A DNA stretch of 64,000 bases from Calditrichia bacterium (GCA_963796965.1 CAWCNS010000004.1:352001-416000), one strand, 5' to 3'. Positions 9,436-21,894 are shown, counted from the first letter of the stretch. The notes: a model not told the origin generated them from the letters alone. Program-made: numbers and translations.

Positions 9436-11754
9436 ATGGATGTTCTGAAAACTATTTTATTTAATAAAGTAATCATTCCATTGGTGGGAATAACTCTTTT
9501 TAATGTATTTGTTGGTTGTCAAGATTCAAATCAAGAAAATCTAAAAAATGTTACCATTGTTATAAATGATAGGGATGATTCTCCTGAAAGAATAGCAGCA
9601 CAAGTTTTAACAGAGGAGGTTGAAAAACGATCTGGTTTTAAATGGAAAATCTCAACAGATCAACCAAAAGAAGGACATCGGATAGTTTTATCAGCAAAAG
9701 ATTTGGCCAGTGATGATAATATCAAACCTGAAGGATATAGTTTAAAAATTGAAAAAGAGGATGGCGAGGTCAAATTATTAATCTCCGGTACTGGTAGTCG
9801 TGGTGTTTTGTATGGTGTTGGCAAGTTATTAAGAATGCTAGAATGGGGAAAAGGTAAGGCAGAATTACCTAATGATATGAATATCTCCTCGGCCCCCGTT
9901 TACCCAATTCGTGGACACCAATTGGGTTACCGTGCAACGGCCAATTCTTATGACGCCTGGACGCCGGAAATTTACGACCAATATATTCGCGAACTGGCAT
10001 TATTCGGTACAAATAGTATCGAAAATATTCCCTTACATCCGGGACAGAGTCCTCATTTAAAATTTGATCCAAATGAGATGAATATAAAATTGAGTGAAAT
10101 TTGTGATAAATATGATTTAGATTATTGGGTTTGGACACCGGCAACTTTTGATCTTACAAATAAAGATAAAAGAGAAGAAGCAATTCAAAAACACAGAGCC
10201 ATGTATAATGCTTGTCCAAGATTGGATGGCATTTTTTTTCCAGGAGGCGATCCGGGGAAGAATCATCCAAAATTAATCATGCCCTTTTTGGAGGAACTTT
10301 CGGGACACCTGATAAAAGAGCATCCAGGTACAAAAATATGGTTTTCTCTTCAGGGCTTTGATAAAGATGAGATTGAGTATGTTTTTAATTATTTAGAATT
10401 GAATGAACCAGATTGGTTCGGAGGTCTGGTTAATGGGCCTGGTAGTCCACCAATTCCAGATTCGCGAAAAAGGCTTCCCAAGAAGTATAAATTCCGTCAT
10501 TATCCTGATATCACACATTCATGTCGCTCACAATATCCGGTTTCCTGGTGGGACCCTGCTTTGGGTCGTACACTTGGCCGGGAATGTCCAAATCCTCAAC
10601 CCGTATATTATTCACTCATTCACAATTGGTTTGCTCCGTTTACTGACGGCTTTATTACTTATTCTGATGGGATGCATGATGATGTGAACAAAATTATCTG
10701 GAGTGCCAGAGGTTGGGATCCCGATGTCGATATTCGAGAGGTCTTAAAAGAATATGCCCGCTTTTTTTTCCGTCCCGATTTAGCAGAGTTGGCCACCGAT
10801 GGAATTCTGGCCCTGGAAAATAATTGGATTGGCGCGCTAGTCCATAATGGTGCTGTTGAATCGACTTTGAAGAATTGGCAGTTTATGGCAGATAAGGCTC
10901 CTGAATTGGATCATAACTGGCGCTGGCAGTTATGCCAACTGAGAAGTAAATATGATGCCTATATCCGCCGACGGGTAATTTATGAAAGAGGACTTGAGGA
11001 ACAAGTTTATAATGCACTTTTAACCGCACGAGAAATCGGTGCTGATTCGGCGATAAGTAAATCAAAGATCATCCTGAAAAGGGCAGTAAGTGAACCCATC
11101 TCAGTGCAGTTAAAAAAAGAGATAGAAGACTTAGGATTGGCTCTTTTTAACAGCATAGGTTTTCAAACAAGTGTAAAAAAATATCAGGCAAGAAGTCTAA
11201 ATCGTGGTGCTATTATTGATTATTTAGATTTACCTATGAATAATCGCTACTGGTTAGAAGATGAGTTTACAAAGATCCAAAAATTTGCATCTGAAGAAAA
11301 AAAACTTGAACGGTTGGAAACCATACGAAATTGGGAAAAGCCTGGGGAAGGAAGTTTTTATGATGATTTGGGCACCTTGGATCGTTCTTCTCATCTTGTA
11401 CTTGGCGAAGGGCTGAATACAGATCCGCTGATGGAACGAAATCCGAATCCCGGATTCTGGTATTGGGATGAAGGTTTTAACCGGTTGCGTCTATCCTGGC
11501 TGGTTAGTATGGATCGACCTGTGGCTGTGGTTTATGAAAATATTGATCCTGCAGCTGATTATGATGTACGGGTAACCGGTTACCGTGTAGACAAAATTCA
11601 AATAAACGGGGAATGGGTTAAACCATTTATTTTTAGTGATGAAAAGGGATCTATTGTTGAATACCATGTTCCCAAAAGAGCGGTAAAAAGTGAAAAAATT
11701 GTACTGAACTGGGGTGATCCGGAAATAACAGAAGTATGGTTGATAAAAAAATAA
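9436..11754 (+). CDS. Putative secreted/lipoprotein glycoside hydrolase, GH20/GH67 N-domain-like plus barrel; paralog of the upstream gene
   Basis: Lipobox-like FVGC, PEGYSL..GSRGVLYGVG..SAPVYPIRG, and motifs shared with 6826-9163. Confidence 0.55.
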   Translation: MDVLKTILFNKVIIPLVGITLFNVFVGCQDSNQENLKNVTIVINDRDDSPERIAAQVLTEEVEKRSGFKWKISTDQPKEGHRIVLSAKDLASDDNIKPEGYSLKIEKEDGEVKLLISGTGSRGVLYGVGKLLRMLEWGKGKAELPNDMNISSAPVYPIRGHQLGYRATANSYDAWTPEIYDQYIRELALFGTNSIENIPLHPGQSPHLKFDPNEMNIKLSEICDKYDLDYWVWTPATFDLTNKDKREEAIQKHRAMYNACPRLDGIFFPGGDPGKNHPKLIMPFLEELSGHLIKEHPGTKIWFSLQGFDKDEIEYVFNYLELNEPDWFGGLVNGPGSPPIPDSRKRLPKKYKFRHYPDITHSCRSQYPVSWWDPALGRTLGRECPNPQPVYYSLIHNWFAPFTDGFITYSDGMHDDVNKIIWSARGWDPDVDIREVLKEYARFFFRPDLAELATDGILALENNWIGALVHNGAVESTLKNWQFMADKAPELDHNWRWQLCQLRSKYDAYIRRRVIYERGLEEQVYNALLTAREIGADSAISKSKIILKRAVSEPISVQLKKEIEDLGLALFNSIGFQTSVKKYQARSLNRGAIIDYLDLPMNNRYWLEDEFTKIQKFASEEKKLERLETIRNWEKPGEGSFYDDLGTLDRSSHLVLGEGLNTDPLMERNPNPGFWYWDEGFNRLRLSWLVSMDRPVAVVYENIDPAADYDVRVTGYRVDKIQINGEWVKPFIFSDEKGSIVEYHVPKRAVKSEKIVLNWGDPEITEVWLIKK

Positions 11755-11758
11755 ACTG

Positions 11759-11813
11759 AATTACCACCCCCTCTGTCCCCCTCCTTACTAAGGAGGGGGA
11801 TTATGGGGGAGGT
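11759..11813. repeat. Family A long palindrome
   Basis: ACCACCCCC-TCTG-TCCCCCTCCTT-ACT-AAGGAGGGGGA-TTAT-GGGGGAGGT. Confidence 0.9.
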
Positions 11814-11842
11814 GTTTCTCAGACTCGATAAGGATTTATACT

Positions 11843-13637
11843 ATGAAGATCATGATTGAAAGATTAAACTTTATTCTGAAGTTTATGCTAATGGGATTAT
11901 TACTATCCTGTTTTTCTTGCCAGAATATTTCAACAGATATCAAGCCTAATGTAATCTTGATCATGACGGATGATCAGGGTTACGGAGATTTTGGCATTAC
12001 CGGGAATCCCATTATTGAAACACCCAACCTGGATGCCATGGCCAAACGCAGTGCTCAGATGACGAATTATTATGTCAGTCCTGTTTGCGCTCCGACCCGT
12101 GCCTCGCTTATGACAGGCCGCTATAATTATCGTACCCGGGTGGTCGATACATTTTTAGGCCGGGCAATGATGGAAACCAAGGAAGTAACAGTAGCTGAGA
12201 TTCTTAGAGATGCCGGTTACTCCACGGGTATCTTTGGGAAATGGCATCTTGGGTGATAATTATCCCATGCGACCTCAGGACCAGGGATTCGAAGAAGTTC
12301 TTGTGCACCGGGGCGGGGGCATCGGTCAGGAGTCGGATCCCCCCGGTGGTGAGGGCAAATATACGGATCCGATTTTATTTCATAATGGCCGACAGGTTCA
12401 GGAAAGTGGCTATTGTACGGATATATATTTCACTCGTGCCATGGAATGGATAAAAAAAGAAACTGAAGCGAAAAAACCTTTTTTTGCCTATGTGGCCACA
12501 AATGCACCACATACACCTGTCCATGATGTCCCTGAGGCACTTTATCAGAAATATAAATCCATGAATTTGGCAAATGATCAATTTCCCCAGGAAAAGGGTC
12601 ATCCGCTTACAAACAAAGAGGATCTGGATCGGCGAGCGCGCATTTATGCCATGATCACTAATATTGATGATAATATAGGACGTATGTTCAAGGAACTTGA
12701 GCGTCAGGGATTGGCCCAAAACACATTGGTGATTTTTATGGTTGATAATGGTCCCAATGGACAACGCTATGTAGTGGGACACCGTGGTCATAAAACAACC
12801 GTCTATGAAGGTGGGATCAGATCACCGCTTTTTCTCCATTGGCCTGATCAATTAAATCCTGCCATGAGGTCGGATGAAGTGGTGGCCCATATTGATATTT
12901 TGCCTACCATCCTTGAGGCGTGTCAGGTAAGCCTGGATCCAAATCTAAAAATTGATGGGAGGAGCTTTCTTCAAATATTAATTGGTAGAGAAACGGAATG
13001 GGAAGACCGTGCGCTTGTACTACAATCTCATCGCGGTAATAAACCATTCGCTTATAACAATTTTGCTTTGAGAACAAAAATATGGAAACTCTTACATGCC
13101 AGTGGTTTTCACGGTGAATCCTTTGAGGGAGAACCTAAATTTGAGTTATATAATATGGTTGAAGATCCTCTGGAAATGAATAATCTGGCTGCTTCAGAAC
13201 CGAAGATCCTGAATCGATTAAAGAGTGACTATGATAAATGGTTTAAGGATGTAAGCAATACACGGATGGATAATTATACACCGCCTCGAATTCCCATCGG
13301 AACACCATATGAGAATCCAGTTGTTTTGACTAGGCAGGATTGGCAGCAGGTTTATGAAAATCCATGGTTGGTTCAAGCAACAGGTTACTGGCGTTTGGTT
13401 GCAGAGAAACAATCTGACTACACGATAACCGTACGTTTCCGTGGCAAAGAAAAGAATGGTTCGGTTTATTTAAAGATCGGTGAAAATGTATATCAACATC
13501 CTCTAATTAAGGGTCAGCAACAAGTCCTGTTTACTAATATTAAAATTGGCACAGGACCTGTTGATCTTCAGGCCTGGTTGCAGGTCTCTCAGAATAAAAA
13601 ATTCGGTTCGTGGCAGGTTGAGGTGAAGAAAAAATAG
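11843..13637 (+). CDS. Arylsulfatase (Cys-type formylglycine sulfatase), frameshift near 12250
   Basis: [23 protein letters not shown] (CxPxR), GKWHLG, PH.P, DNG, and K..VYEGG.R.P. Confidence 0.9.
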
Positions 13638-13673
13638 GTAGAAGGGTAGAAGGTAATAAGGAACATAAAAATA

Positions 13674-13727
13674 ACCTCCCCCTAATCCCCCTCCTTACTA
13701 AGGAGGGGGACAGAGGGGGTGGTAATT
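13674..13727. repeat. Family A long palindrome (inverted relative to 11759)
   Basis: ACCTCCCCCTAATCCCCCTCCTTACTAAGGAGGGGGACAGAGGGGGTGGTAATT. Confidence 0.9.
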
Positions 13728-13779
13728 AAATATATTGGAACTGAGAAAGAAATTATATATTTACCAAAAAGGACATATC

Positions 13780-15588
13780 ATGAATATTCAGGGCTTAAAA
13801 CTTTCAAATTTAATTATATCGATCATTCTTTTAATATCATGGTTTAGTTGCTACAATCAAACAACCCCCGAAAAAGAAATTGTCTTACGATTAGAACCAA
13901 GTCCGGAAAATCCCCGCAACAGCGAAGGAGATTTTATAAGACTAAAGGATGGAAAGATTTTATTTATATATACCCACTTCACTGGCGGTTCTGGTGATCA
14001 TGCGACGGCAAGTTTAGCCGGGAGAATTTCAAGTGATGAGGGTCGTACCTGGTCAGAGGATGATATTCATGTTTTATCTAATGAAGGAGATATGAACATC
14101 ATGTCAGTCTCCTTGATAAGAATGGCAGATGACCGTATCGCTCTATTTTACTTACGGAAAAATTCTGAAAGCGATTGTATGCCCTATATGCGATTATCAG
14201 ATGATGAGGCAAAATCCTGGAGTGAAGCAAAAAAGTGTTTTGAACCAATAGGATATTATGTTATGAATAATGACCGGGTTGTAATATTATCTGGTGGTCG
14301 GATTTTGCTTCCACTTGCCCTGCATAAAACCCCGGAAACTGAAACAATGGGTGGCGCCAAAATCATGTGTTATTATTCTGATGACAGTGGTCAGTCCTGG
14401 ATAAAGTCAAATCTTGTTCCCAATCCGAATGAGGTTGTATTACAAGAGCCGGGAATTGTTGAATTAAAAAATGGCGAATTGATGCTATTTTGTCGGACAA
14501 ATGCCGGTAGTCAGTTCATATCATATTCAAAGGATCAGGGATTATCCTGGTCTCCGGTGCAAGCCAGTGATATCAAGTCCCCCATGTCTCCTGCATCGAT
14601 TGAACGGATCCCTTCTACTGGTGATCTACTACTTCTCTGGAATAAAAACTATGAAGAAGGAAATCCCGATGGTGGAATACGAACGCCATATACACTTGCA
14701 GTCTCAAAAGATGAAGGCAAAACATGGGAAAAGACTAAATATGTGGAGAGCGATCCGCAGGGATGGTATTGTTATACAGCGATTGAATTCATTGAGGATG
14801 GGGTATTGCTTGGTCATTGTGCCGGGAACAGACGGCTGTATAATGGTTTAGAGACCACACAGATAACCCGGCTGAGTCTGGATTGGATTTACAGCGATCC
14901 AACACCAAATCCGGTTGTTATATCAGATAAAAATGGGATTATTGAATTGGGTAATTCTCTTGAAGAGGTGGATATTTACTATACCCTTGATTATAGTTCC
15001 CCGACCAAATCTTCAACCCGTTACACGCAACCTATCAAAGTGAAAAAGACAACAGCTTTATTGATGCAGGCGCATCATCCGGATTTGACACCGAGTGAGA
15101 TTGTTTCAGTGAGCATTGGTGTTGATGTCTTTCAGGATGTACCCGAACTTTCAGGAGAATTAAAAAAAGGGCTTAAATGTAATTATTATGAAGGAAGTGC
15201 CTTTGTTGTAAATGATATTAAAAAGTTAAAGCTGGTCAAAAAATCTGTGGCTTCTCAATTTTCTATAGATTCGAGGAAGGCTGAGGAAAATTTTGCATTT
15301 GAGTTCAATGGATTTATTCAAATCCCTGTTGAGGGAGTTTATACTTTTTATGTGTCTTCAAATGACGGTAGTCGTCTCTATTTAAACGGAGATGTTTTTG
15401 TCGAGAACGATGGACCTCATAGTGTTCGTGAAATGTCCAATGCCACGGCTTTGCGCAAGGGTTTTTATAAAATAAAAATATTGTACTTTCAAATGGGTGG
15501 TGGAATGGATTTGAAAGTTTCCTGGAAGGGACCGGGTTTTGAGAAACGAGAGATAGAAAGCGCTGCTTTATTTCATAGCATACCGTGA
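13780..15588 (+). CDS. BNR/Asp-box sialidase-like protein plus Fn3-associated (chitobiase C-term) and PA14 domains
   Basis: Asp-boxes SSDEGRTW, SDDEAKSW, SDDSGQSW, SKDQGLSW, SKDEGKTW. Then YYTLD..P and a PA14 motif G.YTF..SNDGSRL...NDGPH. ATG at 13780 follows AGGA. Confidence 0.75.
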   Translation: MNIQGLKLSNLIISIILLISWFSCYNQTTPEKEIVLRLEPSPENPRNSEGDFIRLKDGKILFIYTHFTGGSGDHATASLAGRISSDEGRTWSEDDIHVLSNEGDMNIMSVSLIRMADDRIALFYLRKNSESDCMPYMRLSDDEAKSWSEAKKCFEPIGYYVMNNDRVVILSGGRILLPLALHKTPETETMGGAKIMCYYSDDSGQSWIKSNLVPNPNEVVLQEPGIVELKNGELMLFCRTNAGSQFISYSKDQGLSWSPVQASDIKSPMSPASIERIPSTGDLLLLWNKNYEEGNPDGGIRTPYTLAVSKDEGKTWEKTKYVESDPQGWYCYTAIEFIEDGVLLGHCAGNRRLYNGLETTQITRLSLDWIYSDPTPNPVVISDKNGIIELGNSLEEVDIYYTLDYSSPTKSSTRYTQPIKVKKTTALLMQAHHPDLTPSEIVSVSIGVDVFQDVPELSGELKKGLKCNYYEGSAFVVNDIKKLKLVKKSVASQFSIDSRKAEENFAFEFNGFIQIPVEGVYTFYVSSNDGSRLYLNGDVFVENDGPHSVREMSNATALRKGFYKIKILYFQMGGGMDLKVSWKGPGFEKREIESAALFHSIP

Positions 15589-15662
15589 AAATAATGGCGC
15601 TTATATGTGATACATATATGCTCCTTCTCCGTTACAAATATTGTTTTCAGCTAAGATCCTGT

Positions 15663-15759
15663 TGTCATTCAGTCCCGGAACGGGATCGCGCTTTGGGAAA
15701 GGAATCTTCCATCGTGTTGAAACTGCATCCAAACGAAGGAATATCCTTTCAGGATGACA
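15663..15759. repeat. ~95 bp TGTCAT...ATGACA MITE-like repeat, copy 1
   Basis: Aligns with the reverse complement of 19164-19255 and with 43895-43991. Confidence 0.85.
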
Positions 15760-15807
15760 GATTCAGCATTGATCTTTGTCTGTCCAAATGTTCGTCAGGG
15801 TTGTTCC

Positions 15808-15939
15808 TTTCGCAGAGGCCAGAGACGCAAAGTTTTTTTAATTGATAAATATTAATAAGATTATACTGGATATAATCTTAAGTCTCTTTTTATATAAAGA
15901 TATATAAGTTTTTTTCTGCGTCTTGGCGTCTCTGCGAGA
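15808..15939. repeat. Family B inverted arms (CGCAGAG subrepeats) around an AT-rich spacer
   Basis: TCGCAGAGGCCAGAGACGCAAAG ... TCTGCGTCTTGGCGTCTCTGCGAGA. Confidence 0.8.
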
Positions 15940-15993
15940 GATTTTTATAAATAAATTAAGTTAATTTTCTTCGATGAGATAGAGGGATTCTCA

Positions 15994-18985
15994 GTGAGTC
16001 TTCTACGAAATAGTTTTATATTGATTGTTATCCTGTTAATGGAGATACTGCCACAACCAGGACGGGCACAGGAAAATAGTGAACTGGTTGTGCTCAAAGG
16101 CAATGGGGAAGTGGAAGCGATCTTTGAGGTATCTGGTGGTAGCTGCAAATGGATTGCCTACCAGGAAGTCGATTCAGGAAAACGCTGGAAGATAAGTGGT
16201 CCTTATTTTAACCTCTTGACATTTGAGGGGAAGTATTTTGATCTGAACGATAACGGAAAGGTGCGAATTACAAGGGATTCCACAGAGATCAGAATTGAAA
16301 CAGAAATATTATCACCCTCTTTGACAGTCAGACAAATCTATTCTTTTGGTAAGGATGACAGAACACTTCGTATACAGACGTCTCTTCGTTCAAGAGGTGA
16401 TTCCCTGTCGATTAAAAAAATTGGACTACTTGAGATTGTTGTCTCTGGAGAAAAACTACATCTGACAGGTCCAAACTATGTTTCCTTTCCCATCTTTGGT
16501 GAGCGGGTTTTTGCCGGTCTTGAACATCCTTCTGCACTATGTCAGGTGCAGGATGACACACTCTCCATCTCTCAACCCTTAAATAAAATAATAAATGAAG
16601 ACTGGGTTGATCTTCCGGCAGCGGTCTTTGGTTCTGCATCAGATAGGGATTTCCTAAGAGCAGGTGAAGAGGCCCTCAGACAATCATTTATCAGATATCT
16701 GGAGACAATTCGTATTATTCCGGACGATATGCACATTCACTATAATGACTGGTGGACAGCGCCGCAACCTTCATCGGAGGCCTTTGTTCTCTCAAATATT
16801 AATACATTAAAGAAAGATCTCTTTGAGAATACCGGGTTTTTCTTTGATTCCTATGCTCTGGATGAAGGCTGGGCTGATCGTCACTCTGTTTGGGAAATAA
16901 ATAAAAATGATTTCCCTAATGGCTTTAAAAATATTCGTGAGAGGCTGGATCTTCTTGGAAGCAGGCCGGGTCTTTGGATCTCGCCAAGTAGTCTTTACCC
17001 CCACTCCCTGGATAATCAATGGCTTTCAGCGCATGGCTATGAGGTCACGCCCCACAAAACAAAAGGATTGAACGCTTGTCTTGCTCGCGGCGGGAAGTAT
17101 CAGGTTTCTTTTAAAAGAATAATCCAAAAACATGTCCGTGATGGCAATTTGGCGCACGTGAAGTTTGATGGTTTTGTCCCCTCGTGTGATGTCCCAACGC
17201 ACGGGCATCCGGCGGGTTTAGAGTCCTATCTTCCTATTGCAGAAGGTCTGAAGGAAGTCTTTGACAGTCTACGTGAGATTGATCCTAATATAGCATTAGA
17301 ACCAACCTGTTTTGGCTATCAGGCCAGCCCATGGTGGCTAATGCATGTCCCTTTTATTATTGGCCCCTTTGGTGATGACAGCCCAAAGGGACGCTCTCCG
17401 AGTCCGGACTGGATAGAGTCTATGACCACAGCCCGGGATATCAGAAATCTTCAAGGCCGGGATGCTTTTCTAATGCCCAGTTCAGCACTTCAATGTTTTG
17501 ATATTGTTGTGCAGTCTCCCGGGGCATTTCAAAATCATGCGTGTGATGGCAATTGGTCGGGGTCGTTGGTTTATGTCCTGTTATATCAATCCTGTCTATA
17601 TGGATAAGAAAGAATGGCAGTTCTTTGCTGACCTGGTAACCTGGGCAAGACACAATCGTAAATCTCTCATTGAACCCATACCGATTGGAGGAAATCCGGA
17701 AGCGCGTAAGGCTTATGGTTATGCTTTTCGGGGTATATCAAAAGAATTGCTCTGTTTAAGAAATCCCTGGATGGAAGAAACAACAATACGCCTCCCGGCT
17801 TCACCTGATAACACGTCTCCCCGGGAAATCCGAGCCCTATACCCAAGACGGCAAATACTGGCTAAAATAAACGCCGGTGAGTCAAATCCCCCCGTACATT
17901 TAGGTCCATATGAGACTAAATTTGTTGAAATTGTTACCATTGATCAGCAGCAATTGACAGAAATTGTATTCCCAACGAAAAAAGATCAGATATCCGTAAT
18001 ATGGAGTCCTAAGTACAACCCATTTGTTCAGCCTTTCGTCATTAAATCTGAGGAGAAACCATTTGGTCCCTCTTGGTCATGTCCGGATGGTGATACAAAA
18101 GAGATTCGAATATTTAAACTTGAAGGGGATCTTGATATAAAAGGGGCGATAAAAAGTGAACTGTATATTCTATGTGAGGGAAAATCAATTCAGTCAGCCT
18201 TTCCGCAGATTGAATTGCTTATTGATGGTAATAAAAGTCCATGTAAAGTTTCAAGATCGGTAGGGGCTTTTTCTGCTGGTGGTTATACCGATGAAGACTG
18301 GGTATGGTTTTCAACTCCATTCCCCGCTGGGAAACATCATGTGGTCGCTAAGGTAAAGGCTTTCACGCAATCTACAAATTTTGGCGCATTTCTATACGGA
18401 ACGACAAATGCTCCCGCCGTCGTTCCGCCATTTGAATCTGGACCGACCTTTCCAGTGTATCAGGAGGATTTTATTCCATGGTCCTACACTATCGCTTCCG
18501 GGATTGGCAAGGAAATTAATATTTTAGCACCACTTCCAGTTGATCGCACCATTGAACATATCGATGGAATTTATCTGGACATGATGGACTGGATAGACGC
18601 TTCGGTTGGGTGGAGAAAAATCCAACTTAATAAGAGCATAAAAGGGCAAACTATGACCATGGGCGGCCGGATGTATCACCGGGGCATCGGAACTCATGCT
18701 TATTCACAAATTCGATACAAGCGACCGGAAAGTCATGATATATTTGCAGCAACCATCGGCTGTGACCAGAAGGCTCTTGTTGGATCGGTCGTGTTTGTCA
18801 TTGAGGGTGACGGAAAGGAATTATACCGAAGCCCCGTTTTCATGGCAGATAGTATTCCGATGGATATTCGGGTTCCAATTGGTGGAACAAATGAGATCGC
18901 TTTAATCTTGGAGGATGGAGGGGATCGAATAAATGCTGATCATGGCAATTGGGCCAATGCCCGGTTCTTGAAGTTAGGTGAGTAA
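15994..18985 (+). CDS. GH36/alpha-galactosidase-like barrel protein with C-terminal NPCBM/NEW2 (CBM51-like) domain, frameshift near 17530
   Basis: HYNDW, ALDEGW, FPNGF, GLWISP and VKFDG are clan GH-D-like. The C-terminal RGIGTHA..GSVVF...DHGNWA is an NPCBM motif. Confidence 0.65.
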
Positions 18986-19042
18986 TTTGTTATGCTGATC
19001 CATGTCTGCAGTAGCTCTTTGAACATGCAAATTATTTTAGTA

Positions 19043-19070
19043 TCACGAAGCGACACGAAGATACCCGAAG
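19043..19070. repeat. Orphan CACGAAG-subrepeat arm
   Basis: TCACGAAGCGACACGAAGATACCCGAAG, compare 40027-40064. Confidence 0.6.
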
Positions 19071-19163
19071 TTAATTTATATAGATAATAGACAATAAAAA
19101 TTTAATTACAAGGAAATGCTATTATATCAAAAAATATTTTTAACCACCTGGAAAACCAACAAA

Positions 19164-19255
19164 TGTCATCCTGAAAGGATCTTCCTTCGTATAGGATTTT
19201 GCTTTCAAAATGGAAGATTCCTATCCAAGGGATCCCGTTCCGGGACGGAATGACA
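19164..19255. repeat. ~95 bp MITE-like repeat, copy 2 (inverted)
   Basis: TGTCATCCTGAAAGGATCTTCCTTCGT...GATCCCGTTCCGGGACGGAATGACA. Confidence 0.85.
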
Positions 19256-19314
19256 TAGAATGTTTTTTAACTACTATAGCAGTGATGATGTTTTATCCAC
19301 GAAGGAAAATAAAA

Positions 19315-20799
19315 ATGAAAAAAGTTAGACCTGTTATTGACGGAAAAGAAGTAATTCCTGAGGGTGCTGATCTTTTTGACGTAATCAATCCAACTAACGG
19401 AGAAGTGATTGCTCAGGAAGTATGCTGTGATGCCAGTTTTGTTGATCAGATTGTCGCTTCCAGTAAGCAGGCCTCCAACTCTTCGGAGTGGCAGAATATG
19501 GCTCCTGCTGATAGAGGAAATAAATTGCTTCAGGTAGCTGATTTAATTGAAAAGCAATCTGAAGAACTAATCGCTCTTGAACTACAAGACACGGGAAAAC
19601 CGCTTTCACAACTTAGAAATGGTGAGATCCCTTTATCCGCTTCCATTATTCGTTTCTATGCAGGTGCAGCAGATAAAATTGAGGGTCGGGTTAAGTCCAC
19701 ATCAGGTGGTGCCTTTCATTTTACAACCTATGAACCCTATGGCGTGGTTGCCGGGATCTTGCCCTGGAATTATCCCCTGGTAAATGTTGTCATGAAGGTT
19801 GCGCCTGCTTTGGCTGCCGGTAATGCGATTATTATAAAGCCATCCGAAGAAACTCCTTTGTCATGTGTGGCCTTTGCCAAATTGTGCATTGAAGCAGGAA
19901 TACCGCCTGGAATTGTAAATGTGGCCTTGGGACCGGGATCCACTACCGGGCATTATCTGGTTGAACATCCGGATGTATCAAAAATATCATTTACTGGTTC
20001 AACCTCGGTCGGACAACAGATCCAGAAACAGGCCGCTGAGCAAATGAAATTCGTAAATCTGGAATTGGGTGGTAAAAACGCCATCATAGTTTTTTCAGAT
20101 GCCGATCTGGAAAAAGCAGCAGATGCGGCTATTATCAGTGCCTTTGTTAATGCCGGTCAATTATGTGTCTCTTGTTCTCGGCTATTGTTAGAGAAATCAA
20201 TATCAGCGAGAATTTGAATCTCAATCCTGCAGAGGAAAAATTAAAAAAAGTGAAAGTAGGGGATCCGGCAGATACTGATACATTGATTGGTCCCATGATA
20301 ACCCGGTCGCAATTTGATAAAGCGCTTGAATATATTGAAAAAGCCCCATCAGAAGGTTGTCAAGTACTGGTCGGGGGGAATAAACTCGGATATGTCCGGA
20401 GCATTCTGAGAAGGGTTATGGCTGGAACCAACTGTTTTAAGCGGTGTTCAGCCTGAAATGAAAGTGGCTAATGATGAGATTTTTGGCCCTGTATTGAGTA
20501 TTATTACATTTAAGGATGAAGCGGATGCCATACATATTTCTAATGATGTCATGTATGGTTTGTCGGGATCGGTATGGACCAAAAACGGAGCCCGGGCAAT
20601 GCGTATGATCAAGGCATTACATACAGGTATAATCTGGGTGAATTGTATGTTAAATGGATATCCTCAAATCCCTGTTCCACCGCATAAAATGAGCGGGACA
20701 GGTGTGGAACTTGGTATTGAAGGATTAATGACTTATTGTAAACAAAAAAGCGCCGTAATGGCCTATGATGATCAGGAACCGGTTGGATGGAATTTGTAA
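19315..20799 (+). CDS. Aldehyde dehydrogenase (split by frameshifts)
   Basis: PWNYP, KPSEETP, FTGSTSVG, LELGGKN, NAGQLC, EIFGPV. The ATG at 19315 follows AAGGA; the 19210 extension reads through a repeat. Confidence 0.9.
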
Positions 20800-21894
20800 T
20801 GAATTACAAAAAGTTACTGCAAGAATTTAAAGGCAAATCAGTTACCGAGTTGCCCACGCCATCGATTGTTGCAGATATTAGTGCAATAGATACAAATCTA
20901 AAAAAAATGGATGATTTCTTTTCCGGGGCGGGATGCAAATTGCGTCCTCATTTCAAATCTCACAAATGTGTGACCCTTGCTAAACGGCAAATGAGCCATG
21001 ATAATACTGTTGGTATCACCTGCGCCAAACTTTCCGAGGCTGAGCAATTAGTGGCCGGAGGAATAAAGGATATTCTTATCGCTAATCAGGTTATTGGCAT
21101 GGATAAAACAAACCGCATCGCAAAAATGAATCATAAAGCGATTGTCCGTGTTGCAGTCGATTCAAAACTGGGAATCGACCAACTTAATACCGCTGCCCAA
21201 AATGCAGGTGTATGTATTGGGGTATTAATAGAAGTAGATATCGGAATGAACCGGGGAGGTGTTCAAGCGGATAAATCTGTCATGGATTTAGCTGAATTTA
21301 TCTCATCTAAAAAAGGATTGTGTTTTGAGGGTCTGCAAAGTTACGAAGGACATATTGTGACATTACCCGATTATGACGAACGTAAAAAGCGGGTTGAAGA
21401 AGATATACGCCCTTTACTGGAAACCAGAAAATTACTTGAGCAAAAAGGATATTCGGTTATCATATCATCTGGGGGAACCGGAACCTATGATATTACCGGG
21501 AATCTAGCGGGGATCGATGAACTTCAGTGTGGCAGTTATGTGCTGATGGATTCTGTTTATAAAAAGATACGCCCGGAATTTTTAAACTGCCAGGTATATC
21601 CTTACTACTATTATTTCAAAGCGCGATGATGTCATTTCAACGGATGTGGGAATAAAGGGTATGGGTGTTGAATATGGCGTTCCGGAGGTCATGGGACATC
21701 CTAATATAGAAAATCTTTATGTGGCCGAAGAGCATACCGTATTCAAAAACAGTGACTTTAATATTGGCGACAAAATTAAGATCATTCCTCCACATGGCTG
21801 TACGACAAACAATCTCTATTCACACATGTGGATTTCGCGGGATGGCCAGATTGAAGATCTCTGGGCAATTGAAGGGCGTGGATGTTTGGAATAG
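20799..21894 (+). CDS. DSD1-family PLP enzyme (D-threonine aldolase / D-serine dehydratase-like, fold type III), frameshift near 21590
   Basis: LPTP, LRPHFKSHK, EVDIG..RGG, YEGH, SGGTGT, EEH, PPHGC. TAATG coupling with the aldehyde dehydrogenase. Confidence 0.85.

Noticed and set aside
15585..15845. Small ORF, and similarly 43791-44204 (-), 54508-54720 and the 19210-19314 extension
   Set aside because: They read through intergenic repeats. Shared peptides such as RDP.PGRND come from the MITE sequence.
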